Shown: positions 19,574 through 28,996 of the stretch, one piece after another
Numbering within the stretch: the first letter of the stretch is position 1
Layout of the letters: each line of letters opens with the position of its first letter
Assembly (NCBI GenBank): GCA_963990035.1
Contig: CAXDMJ010000002.1
Coordinates: forward strand, 3,441-67,440
From: an uncultured Candidatus Poseidoniales archaeon
GTDB lineage: Archaea; Thermoplasmatota; Poseidoniia; Poseidoniales; Thalassarchaeaceae
DNA: 64,000 nucleotides
Reading direction: 5' to 3'
Notes under the pieces: generated by a model
What the model was told of the DNA's origin: nothing
Databases searched by the model: none
What the model saw: the letters and a program-made list of their open reading frames with translations, nothing else
Program-made: the position numbers and the translations under genes

Positions 19574-22500
19574 ATGCGCTCTACATATCATAGGATATCT
19601 GGCTCGCAAAAGCAAACAGCACTTCTGCTAGTAGCATTGATGATATTGCTACCTTGGTCCGCATATTCATCTTCAGATCTGGATAATGAGGTTGATTCAA
19701 GATATGCCGTACCCGGTGCTTGGGGTGCTAGTGGAAGTAATGATACAGGTTGGATTGACTTTTCGGCAACAGGGGCAAATCCTTCGAATGGGACCTATGC
19801 TTATGGAGACTTATTCTTTGATTTCGCACCAGGTGCAGTGATTGACAATATGACTTTTGAGGTCAAGGTAAATGGTTCAATTGGAGAATGGGTTTATGAG
19901 CCCCAAATCACTTTACTAGATTCTCAAACTCCAATACTTGATTGGACTGATTTAGGAGGTTTTGGTATACAAAATTCATTTGTTGAAAATCAACCAGATG
20001 TCAATTCAGTTGGTGTACTAGATACATCGTTGCAGCCTAATTCAGTTAGTGATACTAGTTGGCAATTACCCACTGATATTTCAATAACTGATATAGTGAT
20101 GGAAGCTCTTCGACCAGCAGATCCTAAAGTTTCTTTTTCCTTATTAGATGTCGAAATATATGACAGTGCCGTCAACCCTATCGATGGAAGATTATACATT
20201 TTATTAGGCGATGACTTATTACATCTAGATGATCAAACATCTACTCGAATAATCGATGTTGAAGAAGGCATCCAAGGACGTAGTCTTGCAATAGATGAAA
20301 CGGGTAACCGATTGATGATAGGGACTTCTAATGGCACCATATTACAACGTAGCCTTTCTGATTCTTCGTCAATGGAATCTATTAATTTAGCCTTTAACGA
20401 CACAATTTCTCCAATAACTGCTGTAACAGTTGATGATTATGGGACAATTTGGGCCGTTGCTGGCTGTAATATTTTCTACACTGATGATGGTAGCTGGTCA
20501 TCTTACTATTATTGTCCGGGTGGAGCAATAAAAACCGCTACAGATGTATTAGCGTATGGAGATAATTTGTATGTATCTACGTATCAAGGATTACATTTCT
20601 TAGGCTACTCAACCTCTATGCAAGGACTAGTTTCAGTTGATAGTAATACAATTTGGAATACTGAAAATTTCCTTTCCTCAAATCAGATAAACGACCTACA
20701 AATTTTAGGAAATACTCTTTTGATAGCAACAGAAAATGGCGGTATTAATCGTCGTAATCTGGTAGCGAATTCATGGATGGCAACTTGGTCTACAAGTAAC
20801 TGGCTATCATCAAATCAAGTGGTAGGTTTAGGTGTTACAGAAGGCTGGCTATATATTTTAGCAGGAAATACTGTCCATTCTTATAATACTAATTCGTTAA
20901 TATTTAGTTCTCAAAGACAATTAAGTGTTTTTGGTCTCCAACAGAACGGTAATCAAATAATTTCCTGGCCTGACCTTGGTAAAGCTAGAAGTCCTGAATC
21001 AGGTCTAGTGCTCTTAGGAGATGGTTCAGGGGTCCTAGGGCGTTTAATTGGGGAGATAGTTGACGGTTCAGAAACATTGGTTAGTAGTCCATCTGTAACT
21101 AATATGAATCAAGTATTTTTTGTAGATGATGGAGAGTCTGGTGAAGTTTGGGTATCTGGTGGTACTGTAATAGATAGGTTTGATGAAGCGACTCAATCAT
21201 GGCTTATTCCAATAGATATTTCAGATTATGTTAGTAATCCAGTAGAAATTACTTCCTTTGTCCAAGATTCAGATGGATGGATATGGGTAGGAACTATTAA
21301 TTCTGGAATCTTAAAATTAGATAATACTGATGCTTCATACATAGGTACAGTACAAGGCCTTGCTTCTTCAGAGATTCAATCCTTAGCTCATGATCAATAT
21401 ACTGAAATTCTAGTAGTTGCCCATTATGAAGATGGCTTATCTTTCGTGAATACCTCTACTATGATATTATCTGATGTAATTACTGAACAAGATGGCTTAG
21501 ATTCTGATTTCATAAATGATGTAGTAACAAGATTTAGTATTGCTTATGTAGCCACACCAGATAACGGAGTAATGAGAATTGATTTGCAAGAATTATCCAT
21601 TTTATCCTCTTGGAAATCTCTTGGTGCGGATAATTTAGAGGCTGCCCCAATAGCAGTTGATGGAGATATAATCTACTTTGGTCTGACCGGATTTGGAATT
21701 TTATTAATTGATAGATACTCTGGTGATATAATAGATATATGGGATGCAGAGGGAAATAGTGGTTTACCGGATAATGATGTACTCGCACTTCATCTAGACT
21801 ACTTTGGCGGCCTAATAGTCGGTATGGAAGTTCCTAATTCAGGAGGTACTTCAAATCAAGCAATGGCTAGATGGGATGGTTCCAGTTGGGAATATTTTGA
21901 AACTGATGTCCCTGGTGGCAATAATGATCCGTTCAAAATTAATGATATCAAGAGCGATAATTCTGGAGTAGTTGCGGCTACCAATCGTGGAGTTTGTACT
22001 TGGACTGGTTGGACATTAATTCAAGGAAATATTTACGAGTGGGATGAATGTATTTCTCCAATGAATAACTCAGCACGATTCAGCGAGACTTTTGCTGTAG
22101 AACTAGTGTCAGGAAGTAGCCCTCTTGCTAGCGGTTCTTCTACGACAAAGATTCTGGCAGGTCATGATGATGGAGCATCGTTGATAGAGCGAGGTCAGGG
22201 AATGAATGTAATTCAAAGATGGACTGCAGGAGATGATACACAAAGAGCCAGAATAGTCAAAGTTCAGGATATATTGTATATTGGTTTTGAGAATACAGGT
22301 ATAGGAAGATACAATCTTACTAGTCAACAGTGGCTTCAAACATGGGATGGAGATCAAGGATTTATTGATGATGATGATGTAACTGTTCTTATTCCTGGTC
22401 ACATTGAAGGTACAATTTGGGCAGGTGGTGACTTTGGATTAACGCTTATTGATGTAGTTAATAATACTGTGTTAATCGATTGGAATCGAGGTTCTAATTC

Positions 22501-25500
22501 AGGAGGCCCAACCCTATCAAATTCAGCTCCAGCGGATGTTGTTATTATTGGTGATATACTGCATTATTCTACTCAAAGATCAAATTCTTGGTTCCAATCT
22601 AATGATCAAATTTATAGGATAAATTTATCCTCTAATTCTAGCGAATCTACAATTGATGCAGGCCAAGAATTAGGTTGGAATGGTAAAATACATAGCATTG
22701 GGCAAGTCTCTGAAGAGCTTTGGGTAGGAATAAGGCCTGGTCAATATTGGAATGATGGCGATGGTACAATTGCTCGTTGGAATACGACTAATGAAACATG
22801 GGAAGATCCCCTAACTACACTCGGCAGTGTCGAGAGAGTAAATGCTCAGTACCTAGGAGATTGTTTTCCAATAAATGTCTCATCTTGTGAGTTATGGGTT
22901 GCATATGGCGACAATGTAATGCGACGTTTTTCTGCACAAACAATGACTTTACTTGATGAATGGACAGATATTGGTGGGCCAATTAGAGGTATGGTCGAAT
23001 ATCAAGGAGAATATCTCTTTGCAAGTATGGAGGGGATTCTTCGATGGAATCCTAATAATGAGACATGGCTTGATTCATGGGTTGTTAATGACGGACTTCC
23101 TTCCGATGCAAATGATGAATTATACACAATGACTACTGTTGGTGATGATCTTTGGGCAGGAAGTTACAGCGGTGGAGGCGGATTTAATACAAATTCAGAA
23201 ATTATACGTAAAAATGGTACATCTGGTAATTGGACCACTTGGGAATCTGGAAGTGCCGGTATCCCTGATGGCTATATTGCAGACATTGAGGTTTGTGATG
23301 ACATAGTACACATAGCCGTTGGTGCAGTTAATTTTTGGGGGAATCAAGGTGGCATAGCTCGCTATGACTTAGCAGATCATGATTCAGATGGAACAACTGA
23401 CGAATGGATAACTTCTGTATTAACTTCTAATGGCTTAGCAGATAATGATGTTAGAGCTCTAGCTTGTGATGATGCGAATCGAATAATATATGCAGGATTC
23501 GATGAAGAAGGAGTAGGTATTGCTAGATATGACTACAACGCAGGTCTATTCTTAGACACACTTACGAATGCTGCTGATGGTATTTCTGAGGATCGAATAT
23601 TCCCTGGAGGTATGTTGCATGATGGTGACGTACTTCTTACTGCTCATCAATATGATAATGATGGTGGAATTTCTCGGATAGTAACTTCCGGAACTTCTAC
23701 TATTAATGGCCAAATTTTAAGTCCAGGGATGGATGCATGTTCGATTGTTCGAGCTCCTTCAAGTACTAGTCCAGTATATGCAATAGGTCGTTCTGGACAA
23801 ACATCTGGAGTAAATAGAGTAGATAGATTAGACTCTACTGGATTAATCGAGAGTGGATATGACGAATTAGTAGGAATTACTAGTGGGCAAATTCAAAATA
23901 TTATTTCTAATGAAACTAATGTTTGGGTGACTTCTAGTCAAAATCGCAACTCATATTATGCATCTTCTGTTCTACAAGGAGAACTAACTAACGGAACTGT
24001 TAGATGGGAATTTGGATATGATTTTGCAGGTGATATAATTAATGATATTTCTCTTGACGGAGATAAGTTATGGGTAACTACAGCAGGAAGCGGACTTTGG
24101 AAGATTGATACTATACAGCGTACAAAATCTCCAATGTCATCCGCTCTTCATTCACAAATGGATGGGATGTATTTTGATGATGACGGCACAATGTATGTTG
24201 GATTAATGGGGGAGTCAGGAACTGCTGCAGGGTACCAATCCTTTGATACTAATACCGAGAATTGGGGACCAGGCAGTTTGATAGCGGGATTACCAAATAA
24301 TATTGTAAGAGATTTCTTAGAACTTGATTCTCATCTTTTAATTGCTACTCATGGTGGAATTGGATCGTATAATCTTTCAACTTTGAGTTTCGATAACCCA
24401 ATAACATCTTACAATGGACTTCCATCTCCAATCATTGACCACTTAATGATTCTAGATAACCCTATACAAGGTAATGGCACTATATTAGCAGGTGGTTTGG
24501 CAGGATTAACAATTCTTGAAGATGAAACTTTCACAGTGCTGAATACATTAGATTTTTCTGATGGTTTGATTGGCGATAGAGTTTCAGGACTTTTCTTCGC
24601 TGATTCAGTAACTAGGCAGGTACTAGTCGGTAACTCTACAATAGTTCAATATCATAATGCCTCAGTATTCATTTCTCATAATGGTCAAGGTGTAACACGT
24701 CCAGGAGTTGCAGCATGGGATATTGATTCTGATATGCAGAATGGAACTTACTTTATCGATTCGATTCCAAGTAATAATGTTCTGGCTATAGCTGCTGATA
24801 GTTGGGGTGTCCATATTGCCACTGATATTTCGCCACTTGTCCACTGGAATGGTACTATGATGCAGATGGAAACGGGGACAAGTCCCTTCAACCTGTTGTC
24901 ATGGCCACCATCTCAAATGGTTTCAGATGGTAATTATTTGGCTCTAATTAGTCCAGCGGGTATAGATTTACTAGAAGCTTCTAAAACTCATTCAGTCGTT
25001 AAATCCGAAATAATATCCGGATCTTCTAATGCATTTATTGATTCTAATTCTCTATATGTTGTGGGTAACGATGGTTTACACCATTACAGTCCGATCGTAA
25101 GTTTGAATGAGCAACCTCGTGAATATCAGAGGCGAGCCGAGCCTTTGTTTGCTATATTTGGAGGGGAGCAGTGGGATTTAACCGAAACAACTCATCCGGG
25201 GATGTCATCAATATTGATAGACTCTACTGATCCATTATTAATTCCTAATAGTCCATTGTCTTTACCTGGAGTTTTACCCATGTATAATGGAGCCATGACA
25301 ATTTCTAGTCCAGTTAATGGCGCATCAGTATGGGCTCAGTCTGTTTCATTAAATTATACTGGTTCATGGGATTTAGCAGGGCGAAACCCTGCGATTGAAG
25401 CAGGATTCCAAACAGCAATTTCTAATGTCGGACCAGGTTCTAATTCAGTTGTATTGAATGTTCAAATGCAGTCACCTCAGAATGGTACGATTAGTGTAAG

Positions 25501-28165
25501 AATGACTTATGATTGGGAGAGAATAGAAGTTCCAACAATATTGCAGTCTCTCTCAAATAGAGATAATGATGGCGGAGGTGTTCTTGAATCATCTTGGTTA
25601 CCTTCTGAAGATGCTGCATGGTATGCTTACAGACTATATGTCTGGGATTCAACAAATATGCTAGATTGGGAACCCAGTGAAAATGATTTAGATAATTTCG
25701 CAGGTTACATAAATGTTCCATTCTGGTCGCAGACAAGTGCTACAATCACCGAAGCCGATCATGATGGTACGATGTCCTCATTAATTGATGGGAATCAATA
25801 TCGAGCAGCAATAGTCACAGAATATCCCGATGGGTCCCTTGGTCAACCTATGACTTGGCCATTTAACGTAACGCCTATTGATGAAGTCCCATCTTCTCCA
25901 GATTGGTTACTTGCTAACCCTATTTCAGGCGGAACTGCAGGGACAATTTATGCTGAATGGTCTGCTTGCACTGAAATGGATGCTGATAAAACTAGAATTT
26001 GGGCAGTAGAACAAGAAATTACAAATACTCTTGCATTAACAGATCATTTTGATATTTCTTCAATATCAGGCAACAATACAGTCCTCCAATTAAGTCCTGG
26101 TGGTACTTATTGGTTTGCAGCAGTTTGTGTTGACGAAGGCGGACAATTCGATCCAATGAATGCAACAATAATCGGTCCTATCGTTGCTGCTGGAGGGCTT
26201 GATGATGGCATCCCTCCTACTAAGATAGAAGGTACTACTGCAACTGATGTTTTAGGTGATGATGGTAGTCAAATACAAGTGAATTGGATTCCTAATTCAG
26301 AAACAGATTGTGCATACTATACCATTTATGCATTACCTGCTACTAGCTGGCAACCTCCAAACAATGTTGATGGTTGGCCTGTTGCCTCTTATGTTTCAGA
26401 TTGTGATACAAATTCAACAATTATCTCTTCAATAGGGGAGTCGTTATTCATTGATGATACTGCTTATTGGGTTGGTGTAGTGGCTGTGGATGATTGGGGC
26501 AATCATAATTTGAATGACGTATTAGTCGTTGAAGTCACACCTCAATCAAATAATGGTGGCGTAGGAATACCTCCTGCCAGAGTATCCGGCTTGAATGCAT
26601 TTGACCATCCCGATGATGATGGCACTGCTATTGACGTTTCATGGAACCGTTCTTTAGTCAATGATTTCTCATTCTATACGATATGGGTTTCTGACTTTTA
26701 TCAAGACAATCTAACAGAATCTTGGTTAAATTGTTCTGAATCTCCAGAGTCTTGTGGTCTTATCATAATAGATCAGCAACAAATTGGAGGTGTCTTCGAG
26801 TTACAAGTTACTGTTGATAAAGCCCATTATGGCAACTCTATTTCTCAATTATCCTCCTCCTCAATAATTCCAGAAATCCCATTATATGTTACTATTACAA
26901 CTCATGATATTCGGGGCAATGTCTTCCTTACAGAGATGCAAAATCAAATGGTTTTAGTTATTCCTTCTGATAATAATGGTGATATATTCCCTCCTGTAAG
27001 GCTTGAACCACCTCAACTTACCGACCGCCTCTCTGATGATGGTGATGGTGTATTTGTTAATTTCCAAGAAAGTGAGGAGTCAGATATCTCAGAGTATTGG
27101 ATTTATGCTGATACCGTGCCATTTAGTTCTCTAGAAGGTCGTGAACCGGCGATTATAGTTAGTCGTGATTTAGAGATGCCATTATTGCTTGAAACATTTT
27201 CAGACGGAAGTCCATTGGCCCCTAATATCATGTTCTGGGTAAGTGTAATTCCAGTTGATTCTTCAGGTAACTATTGGGATCAAGGTGTAAAAACATCATC
27301 TATTGCTTTGATTAATGAAAATATTCTCGACCCTGGTCTCCATATTCCAGAAATTAGTGGAATAATTGCTTATTGGGATAGTTCTGGTTCGAGAATCCAA
27401 ATAGAATGGGATGATAGGAAAGATAGTCCAATTATTGAATCATATTACATATTTTTGTCATCCACTCCATTTGAAGATACTAGAGATGCCGATGCTTCAC
27501 AATTGATCCAAATTGATTATTCTAGTTATTCTTGGAGGGCAGATATTTCAGATAATCTTGATGGCAATTCATATGCTCTAAATAATGAAAACACATATTG
27601 GGTTGTAATTGTAGGATTTGATGGTTCTGTCCATCGTTTAGCGGTAAATCCACTCGAAATTCAACCTTGGTCCGAATCAGCATTTGGTAGAGATAATACT
27701 GGTGCAGATTCAGGAGTATCTTGGATTAATCAATTACTTGAAGGCGATATGAATATGATGATTGCTATTCTATCTGCTATAATGATTCTACTTGGTGGCG
27801 CCTTAGTACTGAAACCTAAGCAACGATCTGTACCTCAACCATGGGAAATGGGTGCACTAGAAGTTGAACTTGAAGAAGAAATGTTCAATCGAGATTTAGA
27901 TTTGGAAGATGAAGATTATACTATTGAAAATGAAAGCGACTCACAAATAGATAATTTTGATCCCGTAGATTATGATGAGATTCAACAAATATCTCCATCA
28001 AATGAAATAGTTGATGAATTATTAGGGGTGGAAGAAGAAGTAGATTTAGATGATCTGAATGACTTAGCAGATGATTTTGATTTAGATGATTTAGATGATC
28101 TAGCCGGCGAATTAACTCAAGATGCTGATGACATTGATACTTCATTTATTGATGATATTCTCTGA
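19574..28165 (+). CDS. Giant (2863 aa) surface protein: signal peptide, beta-propeller repeats, FN3-like repeats, C-terminal TM and acidic tail
   Basis: Hydrophobic N-terminus. Repeated GL-x2-N-x-[IV]...W[VI]GT-x2-GI blades. Repeated D-x2-DDG-x2-I-x-V-x-W units. TM MMIAILSAIMILLGGALVL. Confidence 0.85.
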   Translation: MRSTYHRISGSQKQTALLLVALMILLPWSAYSSSDLDNEVDSRYAVPGAWGASGSNDTGWIDFSATGANPSNGTYAYGDLFFDFAPGAVIDNMTFEVKVNGSIGEWVYEPQITLLDSQTPILDWTDLGGFGIQNSFVENQPDVNSVGVLDTSLQPNSVSDTSWQLPTDISITDIVMEALRPADPKVSFSLLDVEIYDSAVNPIDGRLYILLGDDLLHLDDQTSTRIIDVEEGIQGRSLAIDETGNRLMIGTSNGTILQRSLSDSSSMESINLAFNDTISPITAVTVDDYGTIWAVAGCNIFYTDDGSWSSYYYCPGGAIKTATDVLAYGDNLYVSTYQGLHFLGYSTSMQGLVSVDSNTIWNTENFLSSNQINDLQILGNTLLIATENGGINRRNLVANSWMATWSTSNWLSSNQVVGLGVTEGWLYILAGNTVHSYNTNSLIFSSQRQLSVFGLQQNGNQIISWPDLGKARSPESGLVLLGDGSGVLGRLIGEIVDGSETLVSSPSVTNMNQVFFVDDGESGEVWVSGGTVIDRFDEATQSWLIPIDISDYVSNPVEITSFVQDSDGWIWVGTINSGILKLDNTDASYIGTVQGLASSEIQSLAHDQYTEILVVAHYEDGLSFVNTSTMILSDVITEQDGLDSDFINDVVTRFSIAYVATPDNGVMRIDLQELSILSSWKSLGADNLEAAPIAVDGDIIYFGLTGFGILLIDRYSGDIIDIWDAEGNSGLPDNDVLALHLDYFGGLIVGMEVPNSGGTSNQAMARWDGSSWEYFETDVPGGNNDPFKINDIKSDNSGVVAATNRGVCTWTGWTLIQGNIYEWDECISPMNNSARFSETFAVELVSGSSPLASGSSTTKILAGHDDGASLIERGQGMNVIQRWTAGDDTQRARIVKVQDILYIGFENTGIGRYNLTSQQWLQTWDGDQGFIDDDDVTVLIPGHIEGTIWAGGDFGLTLIDVVNNTVLIDWNRGSNSGGPTLSNSAPADVVIIGDILHYSTQRSNSWFQSNDQIYRINLSSNSSESTIDAGQELGWNGKIHSIGQVSEELWVGIRPGQYWNDGDGTIARWNTTNETWEDPLTTLGSVERVNAQYLGDCFPINVSSCELWVAYGDNVMRRFSAQTMTLLDEWTDIGGPIRGMVEYQGEYLFASMEGILRWNPNNETWLDSWVVNDGLPSDANDELYTMTTVGDDLWAGSYSGGGGFNTNSEIIRKNGTSGNWTTWESGSAGIPDGYIADIEVCDDIVHIAVGAVNFWGNQGGIARYDLADHDSDGTTDEWITSVLTSNGLADNDVRALACDDANRIIYAGFDEEGVGIARYDYNAGLFLDTLTNAADGISEDRIFPGGMLHDGDVLLTAHQYDNDGGISRIVTSGTSTINGQILSPGMDACSIVRAPSSTSPVYAIGRSGQTSGVNRVDRLDSTGLIESGYDELVGITSGQIQNIISNETNVWVTSSQNRNSYYASSVLQGELTNGTVRWEFGYDFAGDIINDISLDGDKLWVTTAGSGLWKIDTIQRTKSPMSSALHSQMDGMYFDDDGTMYVGLMGESGTAAGYQSFDTNTENWGPGSLIAGLPNNIVRDFLELDSHLLIATHGGIGSYNLSTLSFDNPITSYNGLPSPIIDHLMILDNPIQGNGTILAGGLAGLTILEDETFTVLNTLDFSDGLIGDRVSGLFFADSVTRQVLVGNSTIVQYHNASVFISHNGQGVTRPGVAAWDIDSDMQNGTYFIDSIPSNNVLAIAADSWGVHIATDISPLVHWNGTMMQMETGTSPFNLLSWPPSQMVSDGNYLALISPAGIDLLEASKTHSVVKSEIISGSSNAFIDSNSLYVVGNDGLHHYSPIVSLNEQPREYQRRAEPLFAIFGGEQWDLTETTHPGMSSILIDSTDPLLIPNSPLSLPGVLPMYNGAMTISSPVNGASVWAQSVSLNYTGSWDLAGRNPAIEAGFQTAISNVGPGSNSVVLNVQMQSPQNGTISVRMTYDWERIEVPTILQSLSNRDNDGGGVLESSWLPSEDAAWYAYRLYVWDSTNMLDWEPSENDLDNFAGYINVPFWSQTSATITEADHDGTMSSLIDGNQYRAAIVTEYPDGSLGQPMTWPFNVTPIDEVPSSPDWLLANPISGGTAGTIYAEWSACTEMDADKTRIWAVEQEITNTLALTDHFDISSISGNNTVLQLSPGGTYWFAAVCVDEGGQFDPMNATIIGPIVAAGGLDDGIPPTKIEGTTATDVLGDDGSQIQVNWIPNSETDCAYYTIYALPATSWQPPNNVDGWPVASYVSDCDTNSTIISSIGESLFIDDTAYWVGVVAVDDWGNHNLNDVLVVEVTPQSNNGGVGIPPARVSGLNAFDHPDDDGTAIDVSWNRSLVNDFSFYTIWVSDFYQDNLTESWLNCSESPESCGLIIIDQQQIGGVFELQVTVDKAHYGNSISQLSSSSIIPEIPLYVTITTHDIRGNVFLTEMQNQMVLVIPSDNNGDIFPPVRLEPPQLTDRLSDDGDGVFVNFQESEESDISEYWIYADTVPFSSLEGREPAIIVSRDLEMPLLLETFSDGSPLAPNIMFWVSVIPVDSSGNYWDQGVKTSSIALINENILDPGLHIPEISGIIAYWDSSGSRIQIEWDDRKDSPIIESYYIFLSSTPFEDTRDADASQLIQIDYSSYSWRADISDNLDGNSYALNNENTYWVVIVGFDGSVHRLAVNPLEIQPWSESAFGRDNTGADSGVSWINQLLEGDMNMMIAILSAIMILLGGALVLKPKQRSVPQPWEMGALEVELEEEMFNRDLDLEDEDYTIENESDSQIDNFDPVDYDEIQQISPSNEIVDELLGVEEEVDLDDLNDLADDFDLDDLDDLAGELTQDADDIDTSFIDDIL

Positions 28166-28209
28166 ATTCTTTTACAAGAATTTGAAACCTTGTAAGTTTA
28201 CGGCCACAC

Positions 28210-28992
28210 ATGTCCGCGGTCTCCGACCCATATTCTGAGGCGTGGTCAACAATAGCTTGGGACGGACGAGATAAGCTTCTAGCAGCAAGTTTACATTTCG
28301 ATAGATTCGTAAGACACTCTAAGCGTTTAGGGTTTGATTTACCTAAAGATTTCAGAGAAAGAATATTCATTAATTTGAATCAATTAAAATTCTCTGAAAC
28401 TTCGATTGTTACTAAAAATCAACCACCATATTTAGTGAAAGTTGGAATTACAAGTCAAGGTGAAATAACTCTAATACCTCGACTTAACCAACCTTGGCCA
28501 AATATTCTTTCAGCCATAACTGTCGCAGCACCTCAGTGGGATCATACAATTCGAGGGACGAAGCATGGAGATTGGAAGCCTTACTTAGATGCCCGAGATA
28601 TGGCTGTAACAAATAATGCAGATATTTCTTTATTAGTCGAAAATGATGCTGTTATTGATGGCGATAGATGTATGCCGATTTTACTTGATTTAGATGGTTT
28701 CGCTTATCACCCTAGGGCTGATGAGGGGGCTCTCGATTCGATTACTTTAGAACAAATAAAGGGCGATTTAGAGAATGCCGGTATTCCTGTACGTCCTGCA
28801 AGAATAACAATTCCTTTGATTTTACGAGCCAAAGAAATGATTGTTATAGGAAGTGGGATGGGAATTCAATCACTAGGTTTTATTGACGGTAGGAAAATCG
28901 GTATCCCTCGTGGAAAATTGTATAATATTGCCATGTCATGTTGGTCTGAAAAACTCTCTTCTGCATGGCAATCTTTTGAAGACTTGAGTTGA
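28210..28992 (+). CDS. pabC: Aminotransferase class IV, probable 4-amino-4-deoxychorismate lyase
   Basis: HFDRF-x-RHS-x2-LG, GTKHGDW-x2-Y (PLP Lys) and GALDSIT motifs. Adjacent to pabB-pabA. Confidence 0.7.
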   Translation: MSAVSDPYSEAWSTIAWDGRDKLLAASLHFDRFVRHSKRLGFDLPKDFRERIFINLNQLKFSETSIVTKNQPPYLVKVGITSQGEITLIPRLNQPWPNILSAITVAAPQWDHTIRGTKHGDWKPYLDARDMAVTNNADISLLVENDAVIDGDRCMPILLDLDGFAYHPRADEGALDSITLEQIKGDLENAGIPVRPARITIPLILRAKEMIVIGSGMGIQSLGFIDGRKIGIPRGKLYNIAMSCWSEKLSSAWQSFEDLS

Positions 28993-28996
28993 TAGA

